Shown piece after piece: positions 27,613 through 37,017 of a stretch of DNA of 43,666 nucleotides (within the stretch, counting starts at the first letter, position 1; each line of letters opens with the position of its first letter). Under the pieces are notes generated by a model. The model was not told where the DNA came from and made no database searches. It was given only the letters and a program-made list of their open reading frames with translations. The stretch is taken from positions 1 through 43,666 of the IMG/VR virus record IMGVR_UViG_3300020042_011598, one strand, 5' to 3'. This DNA is from a virus. Taxonomy: Duplodnaviria > Caudoviricetes. The translations under genes were made by a program, and so were the position numbers.

Positions 27613-28611
27613 GTGTCGTTTTTACTATTGCACAACGGCAATTGCCTGGTTAAACCCTGGGCCAGCAAATTTTACAATTGTACCCAGATGGTGTGCCTAA
27701 ACGATCCCTGGCCTGATGCAACAGACTTGCAAGAAAAATATCAGTTGGTTAGTGCAACATCTATTTGCACTGATTTGACCACTGCTGATGTATTTGACAT
27801 TAAAGAATTATTTAATGCCAAACAAAGTTTACAAATAGTAAAAGTTATTACAGCATATGAGAATGATCTTGCGAATCTTGAACCTGTCTGGGGAGACAAC
27901 TACAGCAAGGAACAATGGTTAATCTCTACATTTAGTCGGTTAAGTTGTGCTGATCAAGTTGTTTTCTTGCAGCCGGTGGTATTATCGTGTCTGCAGTCGG
28001 GTCCTGACATTATCTTTACACCCGGGAGATCAGGTACACATGTACTCAAAGGTATTACCAATGTACATAATTATTTGCATCATGACGATAATTTGTTAAT
28101 ATCTAACAAGTTGACAGAATTGGTTAATGCTAAAAAAATTATTAGTGTATTACGTAAGAAATTCATTGACCAGGTTTGCAGTGATGCTATTGGTCAAAAG
28201 TATGGAATAATAGTATCTAATAGACACAATATTGACAAGAATTGTCAAATTACATCCAAGTGGAAACCAATAAAACTTTCAACTACCAACTATCAACTTA
28301 CATTGGAAAAAATTTGCAATTATGTAGATGTGCTGTTGGGTTTGAAAATGTTATATAACAAACATGTTGAATTTAGTTTGCTGGACAATTTACAAGAACA
28401 TTTTGATAATATTTTTTTTGTAAAGAATCCTTATCGGTCTCAAGACATCATATCAAATTATTCAGAAGCAGTGGCCGTGTGTGAACAAAAATACCAACCA
28501 ATATACGATCAAATTATTGCCACCTTGCAGAGAGTATTTGGCACCAATCTATATAATCTCTTGCCAAAGGAATTGACTTCAGCAGCTATAGACTGTAAAA
28601 TTGTGGATTAA
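27613..28611 (+). CDS. Hypothetical protein with a sulfotransferase/P-loop-like motif (332 aa)
   Basis: AT-rich ORF filling the gp55-gp47 gap. IIFTPGRSGTHVL resembles the PAPS 5'-phosphosulfate-binding loop, and IISVLRKKFIDQVCS resembles the 3'-phosphate R...S motif. Confidence 0.55.
   Translation: MSFLLLHNGNCLVKPWASKFYNCTQMVCLNDPWPDATDLQEKYQLVSATSICTDLTTADVFDIKELFNAKQSLQIVKVITAYENDLANLEPVWGDNYSKEQWLISTFSRLSCADQVVFLQPVVLSCLQSGPDIIFTPGRSGTHVLKGITNVHNYLHHDDNLLISNKLTELVNAKKIISVLRKKFIDQVCSDAIGQKYGIIVSNRHNIDKNCQITSKWKPIKLSTTNYQLTLEKICNYVDVLLGLKMLYNKHVEFSLLDNLQEHFDNIFFVKNPYRSQDIISNYSEAVAVCEQKYQPIYDQIIATLQRVFGTNLYNLLPKELTSAAIDCKIVD
28573..28601 (+). promoter_or_regulatory. Internal sigma70-type promoter for gp47
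   Basis: TTGACT-N17-TAAAAT, followed by AAGGA (28611-28615) and the ATG at 28620. Confidence 0.65.
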
Positions 28612-28619
28612 AGGAACCG

Positions 28620-29636
28620 ATGACAAATCTATTTCGCAAAGCCGCGGTCTTCACAGACATACATTTTGGACTCAAGAGCAACAGCACTCAACACAATGAG
28701 GACTGCCTAAACTTTGTGAAGTGGGCCACCACCAAGGCCCGAGAACAAGGTTGTGAGACTTGCTTGTTCCTGGGTGACTGGCACAACAATCGTGCTAGCC
28801 TAAACATTGTTACCTTAAACTACAGCCTGCAAGCACTGGAGCATATGAATGACAACTTTGAACATGTGTATTTTATTCCTGGTAACCACGATTTATATTA
28901 TCGCGATAAACGTGACATTCAAAGCGTGGAGTGGGCAAAGCACCTCCCTCGTGTTCAAATCTGTAATGATTGGTTCAGCCATGGTGATGTCGTTATTGCC
29001 CCTTGGTTATGTGGAGACGATCATAAACGCATACCCAAACTGAAAGGCAAGTACATGTTTGGGCACTTTGAGCTGCCCGGCTACTTGATGAATGCACAGA
29101 TTGAAATGCCTGACCATGGCGAAGTGCAACGGGAACACTTCACTGGCTTTGAACATGTGTTCACCGGACACTTTCACAAGCGGCAGACCAAAAAGAACAT
29201 CACCTACATTGGCAATTGTTTTCCACACAACTATGCAGATGCCGGCGATGATGATCGCGGCCTGATGATCCTGGAATGGGACCAGGAACCTGAGTTCCAT
29301 GCCTGGCCAGATCAGCCCAGATATCGTGTGTTTGGCCTCAGCAACATAATTGACAATGCTGCCACTATCCTGGCACCGGGCATGCATGTGCGTGTGCAGT
29401 TGGACATTGAGATTTCATACGAAGAAGCCAACTTTATCAAAGAAACATTCATCAGAGACTATGGTCTTAGAGAGATGGCCTTGATACCCAACAAGTCTAG
29501 CTCAGTGGATACAGACATGGCACCTGGTGAGATCAAGTTTGAATCGGTGGATCAAATTGTCACAGATCAGATCACCAACATTGAAAGTGAATTCTATGAT
29601 AATAAATTGTTGTTGAAGATCTATCAAAACTTATGA
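28620..29636 (+). CDS. gp47: Recombination endonuclease subunit, gp47/Mre11/SbcD-like metallophosphoesterase
   Basis: Motifs DIHFG, LGDWH, PGNHD, GHFE and GHFH. Confidence 0.93.
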   Translation: MTNLFRKAAVFTDIHFGLKSNSTQHNEDCLNFVKWATTKAREQGCETCLFLGDWHNNRASLNIVTLNYSLQALEHMNDNFEHVYFIPGNHDLYYRDKRDIQSVEWAKHLPRVQICNDWFSHGDVVIAPWLCGDDHKRIPKLKGKYMFGHFELPGYLMNAQIEMPDHGEVQREHFTGFEHVFTGHFHKRQTKKNITYIGNCFPHNYADAGDDDRGLMILEWDQEPEFHAWPDQPRYRVFGLSNIIDNAATILAPGMHVRVQLDIEISYEEANFIKETFIRDYGLREMALIPNKSSSVDTDMAPGEIKFESVDQIVTDQITNIESEFYDNKLLLKIYQNL

Positions 29637-30844
29637 CTTTCCATCGTTATCACAAACGTAACACCCATGGTAAATTAAAAACAGTTATGTTAGGAAGTTT
29701 TTATCCTCCTGACTATTTTACATTTATTGATGATGCAAAAGTTAGATTACCTCTAATGAAAATTGCTCAAGAAATCAATCAAGATCTTGATTATTTTGAA
29801 CAGGTACTTGCAGAAAATAATGTAAAAGTTTTACGCCCAGCACTGCCAACTTTTAAACAATTTTATGAGTATTTTGTTGTAAATCAAAAATTTTTGCCGC
29901 CGCCGTTGCAACCCAGAAACAATCATGCTGTGATAGGTACTCAGTGTTATCAATTTGACAATTATCCTGTTAGCGCCACTCAGCTTATCTCGCAAACTTT
30001 GTCCATGTATAACAGTAATATTGTAGATCTATCTGTTCAAAATCGTAAATTTTATTTGGAAAGTATTGATCAAGTTGCTGATCAATGTTACAATAAGCTA
30101 ACTAACACCTGGTATCGCAGACAAAAATACAACGAATTAGCAGGTCCTGATTGGCCTAAATTTGAAGATTACGTGCAAGGCACTAGATCTACACATGATG
30201 CTATACAAACAGAAATGAGTGACTTTGCCCTGGACTTTGTTTACAACAATAGAGACTTTGGACCATTGTGTGCTCCAAATATTATGCCTACTGACCACTC
30301 AATAGTTGTAGACAGCAACGAATATTGCAATTATGCTGACTGGATTTCAACTCAGATAAAAACTACTTTGCCAATAATTTCAATCAATACCACAGCAGGA
30401 CACACTGATGGGTGTTTTGTTATACTAGGTAATAATATCATAGTAGGTATCAATCCATTAATTGACTATAAGAAATATTTCCCCAACTATCAAATTATTT
30501 CCGTACCTGCTGTAAATTATCAAGATTATCTATATCATTGGTCAACAAAAATGTCAAATAAAATACAAGGTGCCTGGTGGGTGCCTGGTGAAGAAACCAA
30601 TCAGTCTTTTACAGAATTTGTAGATCAATACCTTGCTGAGTTCACTGGATTTAGTGCTGAATCAGTATTTGATGTCAACATTCTGGCATTGGATCAAAAT
30701 ACAATATTTGTAAATAACAATCAAACTGCTGTTACTGGCCAATTGAATTGCACCGGAATAAAAACTATAGAAATACCCTGGAGGCATAGATTTTTTGTTG
30801 ATTCGGGTCTTCACTGCATTACTTTAGATTTAGATCGAGAATAA
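29633..30844 (+). CDS. Amidinotransferase-family (pentein) protein, 403 aa
   Basis: LKTVMLG, NVKVLRP, QPRN, GHTDGCF, FDVNIL and the C-terminal HRFFVDSGLHCITLDL.RE carrying the catalytic Cys motif of glycine/inosamine-phosphate amidinotransferases. Confidence 0.82.
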   Translation: MTFHRYHKRNTHGKLKTVMLGSFYPPDYFTFIDDAKVRLPLMKIAQEINQDLDYFEQVLAENNVKVLRPALPTFKQFYEYFVVNQKFLPPPLQPRNNHAVIGTQCYQFDNYPVSATQLISQTLSMYNSNIVDLSVQNRKFYLESIDQVADQCYNKLTNTWYRRQKYNELAGPDWPKFEDYVQGTRSTHDAIQTEMSDFALDFVYNNRDFGPLCAPNIMPTDHSIVVDSNEYCNYADWISTQIKTTLPIISINTTAGHTDGCFVILGNNIIVGINPLIDYKKYFPNYQIISVPAVNYQDYLYHWSTKMSNKIQGAWWVPGEETNQSFTEFVDQYLAEFTGFSAESVFDVNILALDQNTIFVNNNQTAVTGQLNCTGIKTIEIPWRHRFFVDSGLHCITLDLDRE

Positions 30845-30846
30845 TT

Positions 30847-32928
30847 ATGATTCAAATTAAAAATCTCACTGTTCGGAACTTCATGAGCGTGGGTGCTGCT
30901 ACCCAGGCCATCAACTTTGACCGCAAGGACATCACCCTGGTGCTGGGTGAGAATCTTGATCTTGGTGGTGACGGATCACGCAATGGCACAGGTAAGACCA
31001 CAATCATCAATGCACTCAGCTATGCCTTGTATGGCACAGCTCTGTCAAACATCCGCAAGGACAATCTGGTAAACAAGACCAACGGCAAAAACATGCTGGT
31101 GAGTCTGGAGTTTGCAGTCAACGGGGCTGAGTATCGTATCGAACGTGGACGCAAACCCAACGTGCTGAAATTCTATGTAAACAACGAAGCCACAGTGGCC
31201 ACTGACGAAGCACAGGGTGATTCAAGAGAAACACAAGACGCTGTGGAACGCATCATGAACATGAGTCATGACATGTTCAAACATGTTGTGGCTCTCAACA
31301 CCTATACCGAACCGTTCCTGGGCTTGAAAGCCAACGATCAACGAACCATCATTGAACAGTTGCTGGGTATCACTCTGCTGAGTGAACGTGCTGACGCAAT
31401 CAAGGAACTGGCCAGAGGCACCAAGGATGCAGTATCTCAAGAAGAATTTAGAATCAGAGCAGTGGTTGAGGCCAATAGCCGTATTGCAGAACAGATTGAA
31501 AGTCTCCGGCGTCGACGAATACTATGGCAAAAAAAGCAAGACAGTGATCTTGAATATCTTGCCACACAGTATGCTGACCTAACACAGATCAACATTGAAG
31601 CTGAATTGCTGGCACATCGAGATCTTGCTGTCTACAGTCAACAAAAAACAGCACAAGACGCTCACACTGCTTTGGTGGCTAGACAAACAGCCTGGCGACA
31701 AAAACAATTCCGAGATGTAGCCGACTTTAGAACCAACTATGATTTACTAAGTCATATTGACATTGAGGCCGAACTGGCTGCACACGCTGCGCTGGCGGCT
31801 CACACACACCAGGTCAAGAACACAACAGATCTTGAAAAACTGATTGCCCGTTGCCGCGCTGATAAGGTCAAGGACCAGGCTACTATTGCCAAACTAGCTG
31901 CAGAGATTACTGAGCTTGAAGCACACAAATGCTATGCTTGCGGGCAAGAGTTTCATGACGGCAGTCATGAAACAGTGCTGGAAACTAAACGCAATACCCT
32001 GCAAGAAGCTGAACTACAGGCTGCGGCTACAAACAATCAGTTGACAGAACACACCGCAGCACTGGCAGCACTGGGTGTACTGGGCGTGAAGCCTGTTACA
32101 CACTACCGTACTGAAGCCGAAGCTATTAGACATTCAAGCGAGTTGGAAAATATTCAAAAGCAAATTGATGCCAAACTTGCGGAACTTGATCCCTATGCTG
32201 AGCAGGTGTCAGAATACACCGAGGTAGTGCTGGGTGCTCAGCCAGTTACTCATTACGACACCGAAGCCAAGGCTGTCACACACCTGAGCCAAGTTGCCAA
32301 CTTGTTGCAACAGATTACAACCAAGACAGCAGAAACTGACCCCTACACTGATCAGATTGACGACATGACCGATCAGGCTCTGCAGATTGTGAGTTATGAT
32401 GCCTTAAACGATCTCAATCGATTGCAGGAGCATCAGGACTTCTTGCTCAAGTTACTGACCAGCAAGGACAGTTTTGTTCGCAAGAAGATCATTGATCAAA
32501 ACTTGAGTTATCTCAACGCAAGGCTCACACACTATCTGGATCGCATTGGGCTGCCACATACTGTGAAATTTCAAAACGATCTCAGCGTCAGTATTGAAGA
32601 ACTGGGTCGTGAACTGGACTTTGACAATCTCAGCCGCGGTGAACGCACTAGACTGATCTTGAGTCTTAACTTTGCATTCCGTGACGTTTGGGAAAGCCTA
32701 TACTCTCCAATCAACCTGTTGTTTGTGGACGAACTGATCGACAACGGTCTGGACACAGCAGGTGTAGAGAATGCACTGGCCTTGCTCAAACGCATGAGTC
32801 GTGAACGTCACAAGAGTATCTGGCTTGTGAGTCATAGAGACGAACTGAGTGGACGAGTAGAAAACATACTCAAGGTTGTGAAAGAAAACGGTTTTACCAA
32901 CTACAACACCGAGGTTGAACTGGCATGA
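30847..32928 (+). CDS. gp46: Recombination ATPase subunit, gp46/Rad50/SbcC-like (693 aa)
   Basis: Walker A NGTGKTT, zinc hook CYAC, signature LSRGE, Walker B LLFVDE, D-loop GLD and H-loop VSH. Confidence 0.95.
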   Translation: MIQIKNLTVRNFMSVGAATQAINFDRKDITLVLGENLDLGGDGSRNGTGKTTIINALSYALYGTALSNIRKDNLVNKTNGKNMLVSLEFAVNGAEYRIERGRKPNVLKFYVNNEATVATDEAQGDSRETQDAVERIMNMSHDMFKHVVALNTYTEPFLGLKANDQRTIIEQLLGITLLSERADAIKELARGTKDAVSQEEFRIRAVVEANSRIAEQIESLRRRRILWQKKQDSDLEYLATQYADLTQINIEAELLAHRDLAVYSQQKTAQDAHTALVARQTAWRQKQFRDVADFRTNYDLLSHIDIEAELAAHAALAAHTHQVKNTTDLEKLIARCRADKVKDQATIAKLAAEITELEAHKCYACGQEFHDGSHETVLETKRNTLQEAELQAAATNNQLTEHTAALAALGVLGVKPVTHYRTEAEAIRHSSELENIQKQIDAKLAELDPYAEQVSEYTEVVLGAQPVTHYDTEAKAVTHLSQVANLLQQITTKTAETDPYTDQIDDMTDQALQIVSYDALNDLNRLQEHQDFLLKLLTSKDSFVRKKIIDQNLSYLNARLTHYLDRIGLPHTVKFQNDLSVSIEELGRELDFDNLSRGERTRLILSLNFAFRDVWESLYSPINLLFVDELIDNGLDTAGVENALALLKRMSRERHKSIWLVSHRDELSGRVENILKVVKENGFTNYNTEVELA

Positions 32929-34406
32929 CTGATGTTTTGATTTTGAGCATACCACGGTTAAGTGCTACTCGACCCCAAAGTGCATGTGGCATACTCAAAT
33001 CAATTTGTAATCGTGCAGGTGTCTCTTCAAAAGTTTTTGATATTAATTTAGACTTTTATCAAAATTTTAAATCTTCTAATCTGTCAACTGCCAACAGCAT
33101 TGATCAATATTGGATACAATGGAACAAAAATCTGTTGCCTGAGGAAAAAACAACTTACTCTAGTTGGTTGCAAGAATGGATTGATAAATTGATGACTTTT
33201 GATTGTAAGATCATTGCAGTAAGTGTATTCAGTTGGGAAAGTCAACGATTTTGTCTTGACTTTTTTCCATTGTTGCGTAAAAATTTTACAGGCACAATTA
33301 TTGTGGGCGGGCAAGGTCTCATCAATGAACAAAACGGTAGCTTTAGTACCAAGATGCATTTTGCACACAAGTTGAAAAATCAAGGACTGATTGATCACTG
33401 GATTGCTGGGGAGGCCGAAAACAGTTTTTATAATTTTTTAATCGGCGGCGATGTACCTGGATTGGACAGCGATGTGTTGGTTAATGATGTTGATCTTGAT
33501 ATTAATAACACCGCAGATTACAGTGACTTTGCAATAGATCAATACGTAACTGCCTATCCTGGTGGAGTATTGCCAATTGAAAGCAGTCGTGGATGTGTTA
33601 GAAGTTGTGCGTTTTGCGACATTCCTACACATGCCGGAGGATATAGATACAAAAACGGAAAAATACTAGCTGATGAAATGATCGGTTATTATCATCAGTA
33701 TGATGTGCGTAACTTTTATTTTAACGATGCATTGATGAACGGCAGTGTCAAAGACTTCAAACTGTTTTTGAACTGCATCATTGAGTTTTATCAACAAAAC
33801 AATTTACCTGACAGATTCTTTACATTCAGTGGATACTGGATTGTGCGAAGTGAAACCCAGTTCAAAGAGCACAATTTTGAACTGATGAGTCGTGCTGGCG
33901 GAGAAATGTTTGAAACCGGGGTCGAAACTGGCAGCGAACGTTTACGAAACATCATGAACAAGGGATTTTCAAATGCAGATCTTGAGTTTAATATACAGCA
34001 GTTGAGCAAATACAAAATGAAATTTTTCTTGTTGTTGCTAGTGGGGTTTCCAAACGAAACACCAGCTGATTTTGAAGAGACCAAGAACTTGTTACGCCAA
34101 TGGCAGAAATATGTTGCACTAGGAACTATTATTGGATGCAACTTAGGCACAGGATTAACAGTAGAACAAGGAACACCTATGTTTGACAATCCTGCAAAAT
34201 TTAACATTGTGCCAATCAAAGGCGACACAACCAAAGGCATCAATTGGATTTGCACCACAACTCCCGAACTTGACTATGCAGAACGTGTGCGTCGACGTAT
34301 TGAACTGCACCAGTTAGCCAAAGAGCTAGGATATACTATTTGGAAAGGTGATGATCACTTGAGTATTATCAAGGATCGATATCTCACGGAGTTGGCCAAT
34401 GTCTGA
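32925..34406 (+). CDS. B12-binding-domain radical SAM protein (493 aa)
   Basis: N-terminal cobalamin-binding-like motifs (AVSVFS, IIVGG, GEAE), then SRGCVRSCAFC (CxxxCxxC), FNDALMNG, GVETGS and VGFPNET. Confidence 0.88.
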   Translation: MTDVLILSIPRLSATRPQSACGILKSICNRAGVSSKVFDINLDFYQNFKSSNLSTANSIDQYWIQWNKNLLPEEKTTYSSWLQEWIDKLMTFDCKIIAVSVFSWESQRFCLDFFPLLRKNFTGTIIVGGQGLINEQNGSFSTKMHFAHKLKNQGLIDHWIAGEAENSFYNFLIGGDVPGLDSDVLVNDVDLDINNTADYSDFAIDQYVTAYPGGVLPIESSRGCVRSCAFCDIPTHAGGYRYKNGKILADEMIGYYHQYDVRNFYFNDALMNGSVKDFKLFLNCIIEFYQQNNLPDRFFTFSGYWIVRSETQFKEHNFELMSRAGGEMFETGVETGSERLRNIMNKGFSNADLEFNIQQLSKYKMKFFLLLLVGFPNETPADFEETKNLLRQWQKYVALGTIIGCNLGTGLTVEQGTPMFDNPAKFNIVPIKGDTTKGINWICTTTPELDYAERVRRRIELHQLAKELGYTIWKGDDHLSIIKDRYLTELANV

Positions 34407-34893
34407 GTTTGTGTTTGAGTTTGATTACGATGATTACTTTGGTATTCCCACAGTTAAAATCGGTATTGATCAACAATGCTTGTATCAAGACACAGTGAAA
34501 AAACAAATCGTTGTGGTCACAGAGTTATTGCCAGGCACACACACATTAACTATAGAACATTTTGGTAAGCATGCCTGGGAACATCAGAATGACGAACATG
34601 ATCGTCATATTGAATTAAAATCTATTGTGGTTGACGGAGTAGATTTAGATCATCATGAACATTGTATGCTGACACATCAAGGACGGTGGTATCCAGATTA
34701 CAGTTTAGAATACATCACTCCATGTCATTGGTTGGGCAACAACGGTACATGGACTTTAAATTTTGATGCACCAGTATTGAATTGGATTATCAAAACAATC
34801 AATCCTGCAGGTGTGAGTCCAGAACAAACCCTGGATTGCAGCGGCAATGATACACTCAAAGATACTTTGGACTTTTTTAAAATAAATGTTTGA
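34399..34893 (+). CDS. Hypothetical protein (164 aa)
   Basis: The ORF overlaps both neighbouring radical SAM genes by 8 bp and looks beta-rich. No family recognised. Confidence 0.7.
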   Translation: MSEFVFEFDYDDYFGIPTVKIGIDQQCLYQDTVKKQIVVVTELLPGTHTLTIEHFGKHAWEHQNDEHDRHIELKSIVVDGVDLDHHEHCMLTHQGRWYPDYSLEYITPCHWLGNNGTWTLNFDAPVLNWIIKTINPAGVSPEQTLDCSGNDTLKDTLDFFKINV

Positions 34894-35974
34894 TTACAAA
34901 ACTATCGACGAGTATCAGATAGAGATCACCAGCTATTGTAATGCTGCCTGCCCCCAGTGCCCTCGCAATCTTAACGGGCATGGTATTAACCCTTACATGC
35001 CGTTAACACACTTGCCACGTGAAGTAATTGACCGTGCATTCACTGAAGAATTATGCAGTAGATTGCGTCAAATATTCTTTTGCGGCAGCTATGGTGATCC
35101 TATCATGCATCCAGACTTTTTGGATATCTTACGTGACTTTAGAAAGAAAGCCCCCACACTTTGGTTGTACTTTCATACCAATGGCGGAGTACACAATCCT
35201 GATTACTGGGCAGAAGTTGCTGGTATCATGAACGGCTACGGACAAATTGACTTTGGCATAGACGGACTAGAAGATACTTTACATTTGTATAGAAAGAATG
35301 TAAAATACAACAAAGTTATTGAAAACGCCGCTGCGTTTATAAATGCTGGCGGGCGAGCACAGTGGAACTATATTGTATTCAAACACAACGAACATCAAGT
35401 TGAACAGGTCAAACAACTGGCCAGCGACATGAAATTTTTTAACATATTGATTCGAAATACTGGTAGATTTTTAAATCATAGCACCATGGAAGAAATGGCT
35501 GTGTGGCCAGTTGCCAAAAGTGACTATGTACTTGAACCACCTAGTAATGCACAGTACAAAAATCGCAGTATAGCAAGTTTAGCTGAGTTGAAAAAACAGC
35601 CAAACTATTTTGCTACTACCACTATCAAATGTGATGCTTTGCAAGGGCGCAAAGTAGCTATCAACGCCCAAGGTGTTGTGTTACCATGCAACTTTTTCAA
35701 TCACAATTTGTATGATGCAAGATTTCACAATGGATCATTACCAGGAGCAAATGCATTGAGTCAGCCCAATGATCGTAATCAAGTACGAGACTTTTTGATG
35801 TGTTACGGACTGGACAATCTTAACATTCATAACAATAGCCTTGAAGGTGTTTTTGAAAACACCATGTGGAATGATTTAGTTGAATCGTTTACTCATGATC
35901 GATTGTTTGAATGTGCCATGACATGCGGTGAAAAATTTACAAAAGTATGGGATCAAGGAGGATCCACAAGATGA
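34886..35974 (+). CDS. Radical SAM protein with SPASM/twitch-like C-terminus (362 aa)
   Basis: EITSYCNAACPQCPR, CGSYGDP, HTNGG, FGIDGL and auxiliary-cluster cysteines (IKC...G.VLPC...CAMTC). Confidence 0.88.
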   Translation: MFDYKTIDEYQIEITSYCNAACPQCPRNLNGHGINPYMPLTHLPREVIDRAFTEELCSRLRQIFFCGSYGDPIMHPDFLDILRDFRKKAPTLWLYFHTNGGVHNPDYWAEVAGIMNGYGQIDFGIDGLEDTLHLYRKNVKYNKVIENAAAFINAGGRAQWNYIVFKHNEHQVEQVKQLASDMKFFNILIRNTGRFLNHSTMEEMAVWPVAKSDYVLEPPSNAQYKNRSIASLAELKKQPNYFATTTIKCDALQGRKVAINAQGVVLPCNFFNHNLYDARFHNGSLPGANALSQPNDRNQVRDFLMCYGLDNLNIHNNSLEGVFENTMWNDLVESFTHDRLFECAMTCGEKFTKVWDQGGSTR

Positions 35975-36555
35975 ACACATTGATCACAGGTGGCAACAAA
36001 GGGCTAGGATTATACCTAGCAACTGCATTAAGTGCAGAAAGTATCAGCAGAGCAAACGGGTGGGATATCACCAAAGATGTTGAGAAGATTGCTGCCCACA
36101 GCATAGACTACGATGTGTTTATCAACAATGCATTTGACGGTCCTCCACAAGAATCCTGGGCCAATTTTGCACAGTCACAGGTGTACTTTGCAGTGTATGA
36201 CGCATGGAAAGCTGCTGGCAAGACTGGACATATTTTCAATATTGGTAGCTCGGGCAACAAGACCGTTGTTGCACCTGAGCCCAGATTTGAAACCTATCGT
36301 GTAGCCAAAGCTGCCTTGTCGCATGCCAGCAAGCAAGGCACACAGGCATTTAAACAAAATCAAGTGGGATTCAAAACCACTCTAATAACACTGGATAGAC
36401 TGGACACTGAGCTAACTCGCAGCCGAGCATCCTGGACAGGCAACGGAATCAATCTAAACGACATAAGCAATTTTATAAAATACGCTATCACTGTGAACTC
36501 AAACACAGTGCTAGAAGAGGCAACTTTTTACTGCAATCTTGACCACAAGGCATAA
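35971..36555 (+). CDS. Short-chain dehydrogenase/reductase-like protein (194 aa)
   Basis: LITGGNKGLG Rossmann motif, VFINNA, IFNIGS and catalytic YRVAK (YxxxK). The start at 35971 is an ATGA overlap with SD AAGGAGG upstream. Confidence 0.8.
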   Translation: MNTLITGGNKGLGLYLATALSAESISRANGWDITKDVEKIAAHSIDYDVFINNAFDGPPQESWANFAQSQVYFAVYDAWKAAGKTGHIFNIGSSGNKTVVAPEPRFETYRVAKAALSHASKQGTQAFKQNQVGFKTTLITLDRLDTELTRSRASWTGNGINLNDISNFIKYAITVNSNTVLEEATFYCNLDHKA

Positions 36556-36588
36556 CTATACTGCAAAGGTAATACAACAAATTCTCGC

Positions 36589-37017
36589 ATGACATGGCAC
36601 TATCAAAACACCCCAGTTGAGACACTGCCCGAAGAATGCATAGGATTTGTTTACCTGATCACCAATAATCTTTCTGGTCGCAAGTACATAGGCAAAAAAC
36701 TAGCTAAATTTTCAAAAACCACATACAAAACAGTCAAGCAAAAAAACGGCATCAAGAAAAAAAAGAAAATTAGAACCAAAATTGACAGTGATTGGCGCGA
36801 CTACTACGGTTCAAGCGAAAATCTAACTGTTGATGTCGACACCCTAGGCACCGAAAACTTCACCAGAGAAATACTTTACTATTGCACTTCAAAGGCACAA
36901 TGTTCATACATTGAAGCTAGAGAACAATTTGATCGCAAGGTATTAGAATCAACAGATTATTACAATGGCCAGATCTCAGTTAGAGTACATGGCTCACACA
37001 TCATAAACAAAATTTAA
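36589..37017 (+). CDS. Stand-alone GIY-YIG-family nuclease with a lysine-rich insert (142 aa)
   Basis: GFVYLITNNLSGRKYIGKK, ENFTREIL, YIEAREQ (metal-binding Glu) and YYN (conserved Asn). No C-terminal DNA-binding domain. Confidence 0.82.
   Translation: MTWHYQNTPVETLPEECIGFVYLITNNLSGRKYIGKKLAKFSKTTYKTVKQKNGIKKKKKIRTKIDSDWRDYYGSSENLTVDVDTLGTENFTREILYYCTSKAQCSYIEAREQFDRKVLESTDYYNGQISVRVHGSHIINKI

Noticed and set aside
36551-36575. ATAACTA upstream of the GIY-YIG gene as a variant late promoter
   Set aside because: A single mismatched copy overlapping a stop codon is not enough support, though TSS data could revive it.
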